DNA of 64,000 nt, from NCBI GenBank assembly GCA_963820525.1, contig CAWGAA010000002.1, positions 480,001-544,000 of the forward strand. The letters run 5' to 3'. Origin of the DNA: an uncultured Spirochaetota bacterium. Its GTDB lineage: Bacteria; Spirochaetota; Spirochaetia; SZUA-6; Fen-1364. How positions within the stretch are numbered: position 1 is the stretch's first letter; each line of letters starts with the position of its first letter. Positions 52,561-61,654 of the stretch are shown piece after piece. The notes under the pieces were generated by a model, which saw only the letters and a program-made list of their open reading frames with translations, made no database searches and had not been told where the DNA came from. A program made the translations under genes and the position numbers.

Positions 52561-53511
52561 GTGGCAGTACTGAAAACCGGCGCTCTCCTCCTGCTTTTTA
52601 TGCTCCTGTCGGTGTCTGGAGCGCTTTGCCAGGAGCAAGGCTTTCCGCGGACGGTTGCCGACGATCTGGGCGGGACCCTCACGTTGCGGGAAAAGCCGCG
52701 GCGGATCGTCTCCGTCACGCTGCCCACCGACGAAATCCTCCTTTCCCTCGTGGGCAGGGGCCGGCTGGTTGCCGTGACCCCCTTCTCCCATGATCCCGGC
52801 GTCTCCAATGTCGCCTCCGAAGCATCCGACATCCCTCAGGCGACGCTGAACGTCGAGCTCATCGTCTCGCTCAAGCCCGACATGGTGTTCGTGGCTGATT
52901 GGAGCGATGCCGGGAGCGTCTCCCAGCTCAGGGGAGCCGGTGTTCCCGTCTACCTTTTCAAGAGCCCAACAACGGTGCGCGAGGTGGAAGAGAGCATTAC
53001 GCGGATCGGCACGGCGGTGGGCGAGGAGACGAAGGCTTCCCTGCTTGTGCAGGGGATGGAGGGGAGGCTAGCCGCCGTAGAGCGGCTTACCGGGAAAATT
53101 CCGCACGCCAAGCGCTTCACCGTCATTGATTACGGGGCTTCGGGCATTTCGATGGGGAAGGGCTCTTCATGGGATGAAATCGTTCTCCGGGCCGGCCTTC
53201 GCAACCCCGTTGACGATCTGGCATCCGACAGGTGGGGTCAGGTGCCCGTCTCGAAAGAGGAGCTTCTCAAGCTCGACCCCGATATTCTGGTCCTCCCCGA
53301 CTGGGTTTACGGAAATCCGAAGGGATCGGATTCGCTGTACGCCGCCGTGGTGGCTGATCCAGCCCTGAGGGGATTGAAAGCCGTGCGGGACGGCAGGGTG
53401 TACCGGATGCCCGCCCGCCTCATGTCGAGTACGGATCAGTACATCGTCTCTGCCGTGGAGGAGCTTTCGCGCCTGGCGTATCCCGGGCTCTTAAGGCCGG
53501 AGTCGCCGTGA
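52561..53511 (+). CDS. Cobalamin/iron-siderophore ABC transporter substrate-binding protein
   Basis: Signal peptide, PRRIVS, NVE.IVSLKPD, EELLKLDPD, AVRDGRVY. Confidence 0.88.
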   Translation: MAVLKTGALLLLFMLLSVSGALCQEQGFPRTVADDLGGTLTLREKPRRIVSVTLPTDEILLSLVGRGRLVAVTPFSHDPGVSNVASEASDIPQATLNVELIVSLKPDMVFVADWSDAGSVSQLRGAGVPVYLFKSPTTVREVEESITRIGTAVGEETKASLLVQGMEGRLAAVERLTGKIPHAKRFTVIDYGASGISMGKGSSWDEIVLRAGLRNPVDDLASDRWGQVPVSKEELLKLDPDILVLPDWVYGNPKGSDSLYAAVVADPALRGLKAVRDGRVYRMPARLMSSTDQYIVSAVEELSRLAYPGLLRPESP

Positions 53512-54539
53512 AGCTGAAGACGCCGCTCACCTTCTCGGCTCTCATCGCGGCCCTTGCCATCGCGATCGTTGCCGCCGCCGGCATCGGCGCCGTCGCCGTT
53601 CCTCCCCTCACGTTTCTCAGGATGATTCTATACGGCATCGGCGTCCACTCCGTCGGGCTTCCCGCGCCCATTGACGTTACCATCATCGTGATGCTTCGGC
53701 TCCCCAGAATCGCGGCTGCCCTGCTTGTCGGCTCGGCGCTCGCCATGTGCGGTGCGGTCATGCAGGGATTGTTCAGAAACCCCATGGCCAGCCCCGAGGT
53801 TCTCGGCCTCTCCGCCGGCGGAAGCCTCGGAGCGGTCATCGCAATCACGTCAGGGCTGGGAAGCGCGAGCCTTTTCTCCCTCCCTCTTTTGACGGTCGTG
53901 GGCGCCCTCTTTGCCGCGGCCGTCATCTACTGGATCGCCAGCCTGAAGGGGGCCACCTCGCTTCTGTTCGTGGTGCTTGCGGGCATGGCCGTCTCCTCGC
54001 TGTTGGGTGGAATCACGTCGGCCCTCCTCTTCTTATCGCGCGAGCAGGAGGTGAGCCAGTTCGTGTTCTGGACCATGGGGGGGCTGGATGGGCGGACGTG
54101 GCGGCATGTCCTGCTCGCGGCCCCCGTCCTCATACCCGGCATGGCGGGGCTCGCCCTGTTCTCCCGCGAGCTGAATGTCTTCAGCCTCGGAGAGCAGAGC
54201 GCCGCTTCCCTCGGGATGAGCGTGGAGAATACCAAGCGCGCGCTCTTGGCCCTCTCGGCCGTCGTGACGGGAACCGCGATAGCGGTGAGCGGGCCCGTCG
54301 GTTTCATCGGGCTTCTGATCCCGCACTTCTTCCGCCTCATTTTAGGGCCGGATCACAGGACTCTCCTTCCCGCATCTGCCCTCGGCGGAGGCCTCTTCCT
54401 CATCGCCTCCGACCTCGTGGGCAGGGCCATCGCCCCGCCCTTCGAGATCCGCGTCGGAATCATAACGGCCATCCTGGGAAGCCCCTACCTGCTCTTCCTC
54501 GTTGTGCGCTCGCAGAAACGGAGGGCAGCCCCTCAATGA
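53508..54539 (+). CDS. FecCD/BtuC-family ABC permease
   Basis: RLPR, QGLFRNPMASP, LGEQSAASLG, GPVGFIGLLIPH. Confidence 0.92.
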   Translation: MKLKTPLTFSALIAALAIAIVAAAGIGAVAVPPLTFLRMILYGIGVHSVGLPAPIDVTIIVMLRLPRIAAALLVGSALAMCGAVMQGLFRNPMASPEVLGLSAGGSLGAVIAITSGLGSASLFSLPLLTVVGALFAAAVIYWIASLKGATSLLFVVLAGMAVSSLLGGITSALLFLSREQEVSQFVFWTMGGLDGRTWRHVLLAAPVLIPGMAGLALFSRELNVFSLGEQSAASLGMSVENTKRALLALSAVVTGTAIAVSGPVGFIGLLIPHFFRLILGPDHRTLLPASALGGGLFLIASDLVGRAIAPPFEIRVGIITAILGSPYLLFLVVRSQKRRAAPQ

Positions 54540-55786
54540 ACGGCAGGGAGGATAAAACGCGGCTCCTGGAATCCGATGGAATGGGCTTTTCAGTCGGAGA
54601 GAAGCGCATTCTGCATGATGTGAGCTTCAGCCTGGGGAGGGGAGAGCTTGTCGGCGTCATCGGGCCGAATGGGGCGGGGAAGACCACGCTCCTGCGCCTC
54701 GCGAGCGGGCTGCTTCCTCCTTCCTCCGGCAGCGTCTCTTTTTCGGGAGAGAAGCTCGCCGCCCTGCGCCCGCGCACGAGGGCGCGTCTTGTATCCTTCA
54801 TGAGCCAGGACATACCACAAGAGATCTCTTTCTCCGTGCTCGAGGTCGTGCTCATGGGGCGCTATCCCCACCTCGCCCGGTTCCAGAGGGAATCCGCCGA
54901 AGACATCGAGAAGGCGCGCCGCATGCTCGCCTACGTCGGGCTATCCGGCTTCGAGGAAAGGCCCTTCGGCGAGCTTTCAGGGGGCGAGCGGCAGCTGGCG
55001 CTCTTCGCCCGCGTCCTGGCGCAGGAGGCGGAGCTTGTCGTGCTCGACGAGCCGAGCTCGCACCTGGACTTGCGTCATGAAGACGCAATCTTCTCCATGG
55101 CCCAGGAGCTCGCGCGGGAAGGCCGGGGGGTGCTCGCCTCCGTGCACAACCTCAACGTCGCCTCCCACTACTGCGGGCGCTTGATTCTACTGGACAGGGG
55201 CATGGTCGCCGCAGCTGGAAAGGCCGAGGAGGTGCTCGCGCCGGCGCTCCTCCAGCGGGTCTATGGGGTGAAGGCCATTGTGTCGAGAAGCGCGGCCACG
55301 GGAAGCGTCATGGTGAGCGTTGTGCCCTTGCGAGTGGAGGGCAGGGGCGTCCGCATTCACCTCATCGGCGGGGCGGGCTCCGCCGTGAACCTCACGCGCG
55401 AGCTCTACCGTCTGGGATTCGCTCTGACCGGCGGAATCGCTCACGCCCGAGACTCGGATGAAGCGCTGTGGAAGAGCCTGGGGATAGAGTGCTTCTCCGT
55501 GGACGCGTTCTCACGGATCTCGGATCGCGATGTCGAGCACGCGGCCGCCCGTGTCGAAGCGGCGGAGCTGGTAATCCTGTGCGCTTTTCCCATAGGGTTA
55601 GCAAACGTGGCAAACCTGAGGCTCGCCGCGCGGGCCCGCCGGCTCGTCATTCTGGAGCCGGGCCCCGGTGACCTGCAAAGGAGCTATTTCACGGACGACG
55701 CAAGCCGACTTTTCGAAGCGCTTGGAAAGTCCGCGGAAACGAGGAAGCAGAACGAGCTGGTTTCAGAGCTTGTCGGCGGCGCGTAG
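54536..55786 (+). CDS. ABC transporter ATPase with C-terminal extension
   Basis: GPNGAGKT, LSGGERQ, LDEP; ATGA overlap with the permease stop. Confidence 0.92.
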   Translation: MNGREDKTRLLESDGMGFSVGEKRILHDVSFSLGRGELVGVIGPNGAGKTTLLRLASGLLPPSSGSVSFSGEKLAALRPRTRARLVSFMSQDIPQEISFSVLEVVLMGRYPHLARFQRESAEDIEKARRMLAYVGLSGFEERPFGELSGGERQLALFARVLAQEAELVVLDEPSSHLDLRHEDAIFSMAQELAREGRGVLASVHNLNVASHYCGRLILLDRGMVAAAGKAEEVLAPALLQRVYGVKAIVSRSAATGSVMVSVVPLRVEGRGVRIHLIGGAGSAVNLTRELYRLGFALTGGIAHARDSDEALWKSLGIECFSVDAFSRISDRDVEHAAARVEAAELVILCAFPIGLANVANLRLAARARRLVILEPGPGDLQRSYFTDDASRLFEALGKSAETRKQNELVSELVGGA

Positions 55787-55877
55787 CAGGCCCGCTAGCG
55801 GCGACCCGCTTGCAGCTTGCCCGGGACGGCGCGGAGCGGCGCCCCGCTTGCCACATCGGTTTTGTCACAAGACAGGC

Positions 55878-55934
55878 TGCCGGAGACGGGACTTGAACCC
55901 GTACAGCCCTTGCGGGCCGGGGGATTTTAAGTCC
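55878..55934 (-). tRNA. 3' fragment of tRNA-Leu(TAA), probable att site of an integrated island
   Basis: Minus strand: GGA-CTTAAAA-TCC anticodon arm, CGGCCC-GCAA-GGGCTG variable arm, ACGGG-TTCAAGT-CCCGT T arm, CTCCGGC-A; no matching 5' acceptor strand upstream. Confidence 0.85.
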
Positions 55935-56114
55935 GTTTTCAATTCCCCACGCGCATACCCCTATTTACTTATGTATACTATTGATATAGAATTAACGCAG
56001 TAGGATAAATCGTGGTATGTCTAAAAAGATGAGAATAGAAAAGGTTCTTCTCAGAAATCATCTCATTTTTCCAGGTATTAAGAGGTAGAGAATCAAGCAA
56101 TAAGGGCGAGAAAT

Positions 56115-58241
56115 ATGATGAAACTCAAGAGGTTTCAAGTAACCGGCTTCCGATCAGTTAGCGATAGCGGCCCAATCGAGACCGATGACGTGACGGCGCT
56201 TATCGGAACGAATGAAGCGGGCAAAACCAACATTCTTCTGCCGCTCTGGAAATTAAGTCCTGCAAAGGAAGGCGAGATCGTGCCTACCGCGGACTACCCG
56301 AGAAAACTCTACAACATTCTTAGAAACCAAAAGCCGAAACCTGTGTTCATAAAAGCCGTATTCGAGGCTGATGACGCGGTCGCACAAGAGCTTTCGGCCA
56401 AGACTGGGATGCCAAAAGACGCCATGAGCGAGATAGAGGTTTCCCGCCGTTTCGATACTGAGTACGAAGTGGATTTTCCGAACGCCAATCCGCTCCGATC
56501 GATCAACACAGAAAGGGCCGCAACGATCATTCAGGGCGGAGAGAGGGAAATCGCTGCCATGGCAGCGGTCGAGGGTGAGAGCGATCTCAAGACGCTCATC
56601 GTGACCTCCCTTCGCACTGCGAAGGAGTCTTTTGGCAACAAGACTGAGGTCAACGCGGCCGATCTGGACAGTGCTCTTGCCGTTATGGGGGGCGTGAAGA
56701 TCGACGCCGCTCCAGCAACAAGCACTATTGCGCCTAGATTTCGCCAAGTGCAAGAGCAGATCGGCGAATTGCGAAAAGGAATTTCTCGGCCTCACCCGCG
56801 AGAAGTCGATGCTGCTGTGAAGATCGTTCTAAAGAACATGCCCAAGTTCGTATATTACTCAACGTACGGAAACCTGGATTCCGAAATCTATCTTCCCCAT
56901 GTGATCGCAAACCTCAAGCGGTCTGACTTGGGCTTAAAGGAACAAGCCAAGGCAAGGACACTTAAAGTGCTTTTCGAGTTCGTGAAACTCCAACCGGAGG
57001 AGATCCTTGAATTGGGCCAAGATTTCAAGGTTACGAACCGTCAGCCCACGGAAGCCGAGATAGCAGCGATCGCCGAAAAAAAGAAACAAAGGAGCATCCT
57101 ACTTCAATCCGCCTCAACTCTCCTAACTACTCAGTTTCGAGAATGGTGGAAGCAGGGGGAATACAGATTCAGGTTCGAAGCGGATGGTGACCACTTCCGG
57201 ATCTGGGTCTCGGATGATAAGCGGCCGGAGGAGATTGAACTCGAGGGCCGCAGTACAGGGCTTCAGTGGTTCCTGAGTTTCTACCTCGTCTTTCTGGTTG
57301 AAAGGGCGGATGCCCATGAGCAGGCCATCCTCTTGTTGGATGAACCAGGACTGTCCCTACATCCACTCGCACAACGCGATCTTTCGCAATTCTTCAATGG
57401 GCTCGCGAGCGACAACCAACTCATATACACGTGCCACTCGCCATTCTTGGTCGATGCTGACCGCCTGGATCGGGCGCGAAAGGTGTATGTTGGCAACGAC
57501 GGCACTAGCAAGGTCACTCCTGATCTGAGAGCATCTGACGATCCGCCAGGGCAACGGGGTGCTGCATACGCAGTTCACGCTGCACTAGGGCTGAGTGTAG
57601 CCGAGAGTTTACTTCTTGGATGCGAGCCCGTTGTAGTGGAAGGTCAATCAGATCAGCACTACCTCACTGCAATCAAGAACCTTCTCATAGCCGCAGGCCG
57701 GTTAAAGCCCGGGCGAGAGCTAGTATTTCCGCCTGCGGGGGGTGTCAAGGGAGTAAAGGCGGTTGTGAGTATTCTCGGAGGGCGAGACGAAGAGCTGCCC
57801 GTTGCTCTATTTGATAGCGATGAACAGGGCCATGCTACGGCGCAAGCGCTTCGAATAGGTCTCTACACTGCCTGTCCAGAACTGGTGTTGGAAATGAAGG
57901 ACTATGCGGGGTTCGAACATGCTGAGGTGGAGGACTTGATCCCACCCGAGGTGATAGCTCGGCAGCTTGATCGTTGGCAGCGAGGCGCGGAAAAGCCATT
58001 TTCTGAGACGGTGAGACAAGGGGAACCCATTGTTGCTCAAATTGAGGCGTGGGCGAAGAACAACCGTGTCACCCTTGAAGTCCCAGGTTGGAAGGTCGAG
58101 CTCTCAATTCGGGTCAAGCGGCAGATGCTATCTGACGGGCCAGCGGCCATTAAGGCTGAAGTTGCGGATAAATGGGTGAAGTTATTCGAGACGTTTCGGG
58201 ATTCTCGGGCAACTGCCCGGGAGCGACAGGCGGGAGAGTGA
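56115..58241 (+). CDS. OLD-family ABC-ATPase-TOPRIM nuclease
   Basis: GFRSV, GTNEAGKT, STG signature, LLLDEPGLSLHP, YTCHSPF; TOPRIM VVEGQSD and FDSD. Confidence 0.87.
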   Translation: MMKLKRFQVTGFRSVSDSGPIETDDVTALIGTNEAGKTNILLPLWKLSPAKEGEIVPTADYPRKLYNILRNQKPKPVFIKAVFEADDAVAQELSAKTGMPKDAMSEIEVSRRFDTEYEVDFPNANPLRSINTERAATIIQGGEREIAAMAAVEGESDLKTLIVTSLRTAKESFGNKTEVNAADLDSALAVMGGVKIDAAPATSTIAPRFRQVQEQIGELRKGISRPHPREVDAAVKIVLKNMPKFVYYSTYGNLDSEIYLPHVIANLKRSDLGLKEQAKARTLKVLFEFVKLQPEEILELGQDFKVTNRQPTEAEIAAIAEKKKQRSILLQSASTLLTTQFREWWKQGEYRFRFEADGDHFRIWVSDDKRPEEIELEGRSTGLQWFLSFYLVFLVERADAHEQAILLLDEPGLSLHPLAQRDLSQFFNGLASDNQLIYTCHSPFLVDADRLDRARKVYVGNDGTSKVTPDLRASDDPPGQRGAAYAVHAALGLSVAESLLLGCEPVVVEGQSDQHYLTAIKNLLIAAGRLKPGRELVFPPAGGVKGVKAVVSILGGRDEELPVALFDSDEQGHATAQALRIGLYTACPELVLEMKDYAGFEHAEVEDLIPPEVIARQLDRWQRGAEKPFSETVRQGEPIVAQIEAWAKNNRVTLEVPGWKVELSIRVKRQMLSDGPAAIKAEVADKWVKLFETFRDSRATARERQAGE

Positions 58242-58266
58242 CCGCCCTTAGAATAGGAGCAAGTCT

Positions 58267-58557
58267 ATGCCAACTTCGGTGAGGAACGTAGCAGGAACCG
58301 CAGATCTTTCCTGCAAATGCGGTTCGTGGATCAAGCATTGGGAGAGAGGATCTGGCAAGAGCGCTCTTGGATGTGGAGTTGTCGGATGTACCGGTCCTGC
58401 TGAAGTTGGCGCGCATGTCACGAAGGTGGGATCTCAAGACAGGGGCAGGTACATAGTGCCGATGTGCACAACCCACAATTTCTACACTTCTATGGACTTA
58501 TCGATCAAGGACAGCGTGCCACTCATTTCGGTCAATTGGCAGAATACTTGCGCGTGA
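58267..58557 (+). CDS. Small Cys/His-rich protein, HNH/His-Me-finger-like
   Basis: AGGAG RBS; CKCGSWIKHW..C....C..GAHV..YIVPMCTTHN. Confidence 0.7.
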   Translation: MPTSVRNVAGTADLSCKCGSWIKHWERGSGKSALGCGVVGCTGPAEVGAHVTKVGSQDRGRYIVPMCTTHNFYTSMDLSIKDSVPLISVNWQNTCA

Positions 58558-58932
58558 GGATCCTGTGGCGGGAATCGCACTCGCCACCTCACAGAGATTG
58601 AGACGCACTTTCGCCAACACCTGCGCGGTTTCCCGCCTCAGCGATCTCCTCAAGGGGTAATCGCCCGCCGAAGGCCTCCGATAGCACGCCTGCCACCTGA
58701 ACCGCCCCGGCCTCGGCATGAGCACTGCCAGGGGAAGGCCTGCTCCATCATGAAGGAGGCGGACCGTGCGGTTCATCAATTCGCCGCCCATGCCTGAGCT
58801 TCCGCCCGATTGAGCTGCATGAGCAGCCGTGGCCGGGGAGCGTGCCCGCCATCCCGGATGGCCACCAGGAGCCAAGGGCTTTATAAAGGTGAACTACGAG
58901 CAACCGAAAAGCATTTAGCGAAAGGTGCGCTA

Positions 58933-59448
58933 ATGTATTTCGTTCGCCTTCAGATGGCACATCTCACTGAAGGAATGAAGGTTCTTCAACAGCTTGAAAC
59001 TGTTCCCAGTTTTAAAAGAGTCTTTTCTTCCTGTCGCTCATCTGCGCAAGAAGCATATAAGCGTTTAATACCTTTCACTCAACCAGGACCAGAAAAAACG
59101 TGGTTCGATAATAATGTCGCTACTACGCGTAGTAACTTGACTTTTCACTATCATGAATCAGGAAAATGGATAAACTGGGCATTAGCAGATAGGGCTTCCA
59201 GAGCAGTGGCAGAGCGATCATCAATAACATACGGTGATCACGGACATCTCTGGCGTTTCCATATTGCAGACAATATTCTTGATAGTATTATGTGTCGTAA
59301 AATCTGGAAAATACCCAAATCATCTGATGTACAGAAAGAAGCAGATATAGTAATCAGCAAAATCTATAATATCTATCGCAACTTTATCAACTTTGCATTA
59401 GTATTTATGTTAGAATATTTGAAGCAGACTATTGTAGCCTTGAAATAA
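58933..59448 (+). CDS. Cassette 1: hypothetical protein with HEPN-like RxxxxxH motif, probably 5'-truncated
   Basis: Helical AT-rich ORF containing RSNLTFHY; stop 7 nt before attC1; frame open back to 58810. Confidence 0.6.
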   Translation: MYFVRLQMAHLTEGMKVLQQLETVPSFKRVFSSCRSSAQEAYKRLIPFTQPGPEKTWFDNNVATTRSNLTFHYHESGKWINWALADRASRAVAERSSITYGDHGHLWRFHIADNILDSIMCRKIWKIPKSSDVQKEADIVISKIYNIYRNFINFALVFMLEYLKQTIVALK

Positions 59449-59455
59449 TCTTGGC

Positions 59456-59570
59456 GTCTAGCATGCTGTTGGAGTGACAGAATAGGCTGTCGCCGTGACT
59501 TATAGTTACATGAGTTATGACCTTTTGTACTTAGATGATTCGGGGCGGCAACTCAACAGCGTCGTTGCAC
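59456..59570 (+). repeat. attC site 1 (115 bp)
   Basis: GTCTAGC-ATGCTGTT[G]GAGT ... ACTCAACAGC-GTC-GTTGCAC; arms pair with an extrahelical G. Confidence 0.8.
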
Positions 59571-59620
59571 GCATTTAGACAAGGTGATGTAATACTCCAG
59601 TATCATGCGGGAGGTTATGA

Positions 59621-60520
59621 ATGAACAATAGATTCGATGAAGTAAAAGAACATCTCAGGAAACTTTCAATAATCAAAGAAGCACTGCAAGCTCTTATCCA
59701 TTTCAACGAAGAGGCAATAAGTTCTTTGTCGTGGCAGAATCGGTTCCTGGGTAATAGTTTGATAAGCACATCCTTCGCGATCGATCTATATGGCTCTCTT
59801 GTTGAACCAAAAGTGAATGAGATGTCGGAAACTGACTTCAGAGGGATGATGAATCCACTATCGAACATGGTCCGGTTTGGAACTACGTTCATCACGCTCC
59901 ATAGAACAAAAGACGTAAAGAGCTACTTGCAGACATTTGAGGCAACTGCAAGCGGTGGCTCAGCAGTTTTCTCAGCATCAGTGGCAGATAGCACTGTCAA
60001 TTTCATTGGATTTACACACCCCCAAGAACCGGAGAGAGCTAGAATTCAAGGTCTGCTTGAAACATACTTCAGCCAGCTGAAACCAGAAGAAGACATTAGG
60101 TATATTGAAGAAAGGCTTCCGAAGATTCTCCCAAACGTTGCTGAAGACTTCAAGCACTTCCTTGCCAATTACTACGCGTCAAAGCAGAATGAACTCAAGT
60201 ATCAGGAACTGATTGCATTCAGAACCATCTTTTTTATGAAACTAGTCGAGGAATTTGCGAAATTGCATGGATGTCCAGATTCTGTATCACGGAAAGAGAA
60301 GATTACGTTTTTTGCATTCAAATCTTCGAAAACCACCGACCCCAATGCAGAGAAAATAGCCGAGGCCGCATTCTCTTTATGGAAAACGCTATCTACTCAA
60401 GATAGCTCGGCTTTAAGCGTAAAGATGGGAAACGTCACCGCCAGTTATATCGATTTGCTATTTCACAATGTTCTTATCGTGGCAGCTACGCTCCTAAGGC
60501 AAAATGAGAACTATTGGTAA
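59621..60520 (+). CDS. Cassette 2: hypothetical protein (299 aa)
   Basis: GGAGG RBS; single ORF between attC1 and attC2. Confidence 0.8.
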   Translation: MNNRFDEVKEHLRKLSIIKEALQALIHFNEEAISSLSWQNRFLGNSLISTSFAIDLYGSLVEPKVNEMSETDFRGMMNPLSNMVRFGTTFITLHRTKDVKSYLQTFEATASGGSAVFSASVADSTVNFIGFTHPQEPERARIQGLLETYFSQLKPEEDIRYIEERLPKILPNVAEDFKHFLANYYASKQNELKYQELIAFRTIFFMKLVEEFAKLHGCPDSVSRKEKITFFAFKSSKTTDPNAEKIAEAAFSLWKTLSTQDSSALSVKMGNVTASYIDLLFHNVLIVAATLLRQNENYW

Positions 60521-60535
60521 TATGAACACAAATGC

Positions 60536-60631
60536 GTGTAACATGCGATTGGAGTTGTTCGCCAAGTCTACGCGTGTTGAATCATTTACACATAGATGAT
60601 TCGGGGCGGCAACTCATCAGCTTCGTTAGGT
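60536..60631 (+). repeat. attC site 2 (96 bp)
   Basis: GTGTAAC...TT[G]GAGTTG[T]TCGCC ... GGCGGCAACTCA...GTTAGGT; shares 24 bp TAGATGATTCGGGGCGGCAACTCA with attC1. Confidence 0.85.
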
Positions 60632-60644
60632 GGTCATAGATTCA

Positions 60645-61652
60645 ATGACATTCGCCCAGCTGATAAACCGTATCCGCACTGAGACCAGATACAAGTCCTG
60701 TTTCGTTAGTGATTCCTCTTGCTCAACAAGAATAGTTAGGTCGCATTCCATTCAGAATTCTCGGATACTTAGGCGTATTTCCTTGAACGGCATGGTCTTA
60801 ACTATTCAAGCATCAGATCGGATACTCGGCTTTTCTTCCGTTGGCCGCAAGACCGCATCGACCTTTTCGGGATTCTGCTCGTTTCACGACGATAAGATTT
60901 TCAAACTGATAGAGACCGACGATTTCTCTCCTATTGATGCCCACTTCGTACGGCACGCTTACAGGGCACTCGCTCTTGAATACAACAAAAAAACTTCAAT
61001 CCTCAGAATGTACACTAAAATTCTTGAGTTGATGGAAACAAAACAATGGCAGAGATACCTTCGTGACTGCACAGATATAAAACCTTCGCGCGCAAGTCCC
61101 GCCGAAACTTACAGAGATGTCGTTTCATACATTACTGGATCTCAGATTGAACTCGACAATATGAATAGGTTCCGAGCGCTGTTCGATGTTTTCTTTGAGA
61201 CCTCCCACAACGACTTCTTGTCTTCCTTCTCAGTATCCTTTCCCTCTGAGTATCCCATCGCTGCCACATCGTCGATAACGATTGAGCATGACTTTCGAGG
61301 TAACCCAGTAAACGTTTTCCCTAAATCGGACATCTGCGATGAATCGAAACCGCTCTATCTAACTATTTTTCCACAAAACGGGCGTACACATGTTCTCCTC
61401 TCTCACTATGAAAGGGACCGCGACACCTACCGACCTTTAAGAAATGATCTGAAGAGTATGCGCATTAGAGATCTGAAGGTTGCAGTGACAAATTTGATTG
61501 CAAATCACATTGAGAACTTCTATGTCTCACCGGTTTATTGGAAGAGACTGGACGAACAAACAAAAGTCCATTTTCTCGAGGTTTTTCGGCAAACGCTTTT
61601 TTTCGCTGGGAGCGACTTGGCTCAACTTAAAGATATCAATATCTTCGTCTGA
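60645..61652 (+). CDS. Cassette 3: HNH-like protein of the C..C..SHSIQ..ASTF.GFC..HD family
   Basis: KSCFVSDSSC..RSHSIQNSRIL..GRKTASTFSGFCSFHDDKIF; stop 2 nt before attC3. Confidence 0.7.
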   Translation: MTFAQLINRIRTETRYKSCFVSDSSCSTRIVRSHSIQNSRILRRISLNGMVLTIQASDRILGFSSVGRKTASTFSGFCSFHDDKIFKLIETDDFSPIDAHFVRHAYRALALEYNKKTSILRMYTKILELMETKQWQRYLRDCTDIKPSRASPAETYRDVVSYITGSQIELDNMNRFRALFDVFFETSHNDFLSSFSVSFPSEYPIAATSSITIEHDFRGNPVNVFPKSDICDESKPLYLTIFPQNGRTHVLLSHYERDRDTYRPLRNDLKSMRIRDLKVAVTNLIANHIENFYVSPVYWKRLDEQTKVHFLEVFRQTLFFAGSDLAQLKDINIFV

Positions 61653-61654
61653 CC

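Noticed and set aside
17711..55786. Long antisense or alternate-frame ORFs (e.g. 17711-19024, 20292-21968, 32959-34554, 37144-39006, 47091-49082, 49958-51763, 50937-52832)
   Set aside because: Typical stop-poor shadows of GC-rich genes; no motifs, and they overlap well-supported CDSs.
55878..55965. Complete functional tRNA-Leu
   Set aside because: No 5' GCCGGAG acceptor strand or full D arm; only a weak GTGGGGAATTG resemblance.
56115..58241. Calling the OLD gene Gabija gajA or a retron effector
   Set aside because: No UvrD helicase or reverse transcriptase gene is adjacent within the window.
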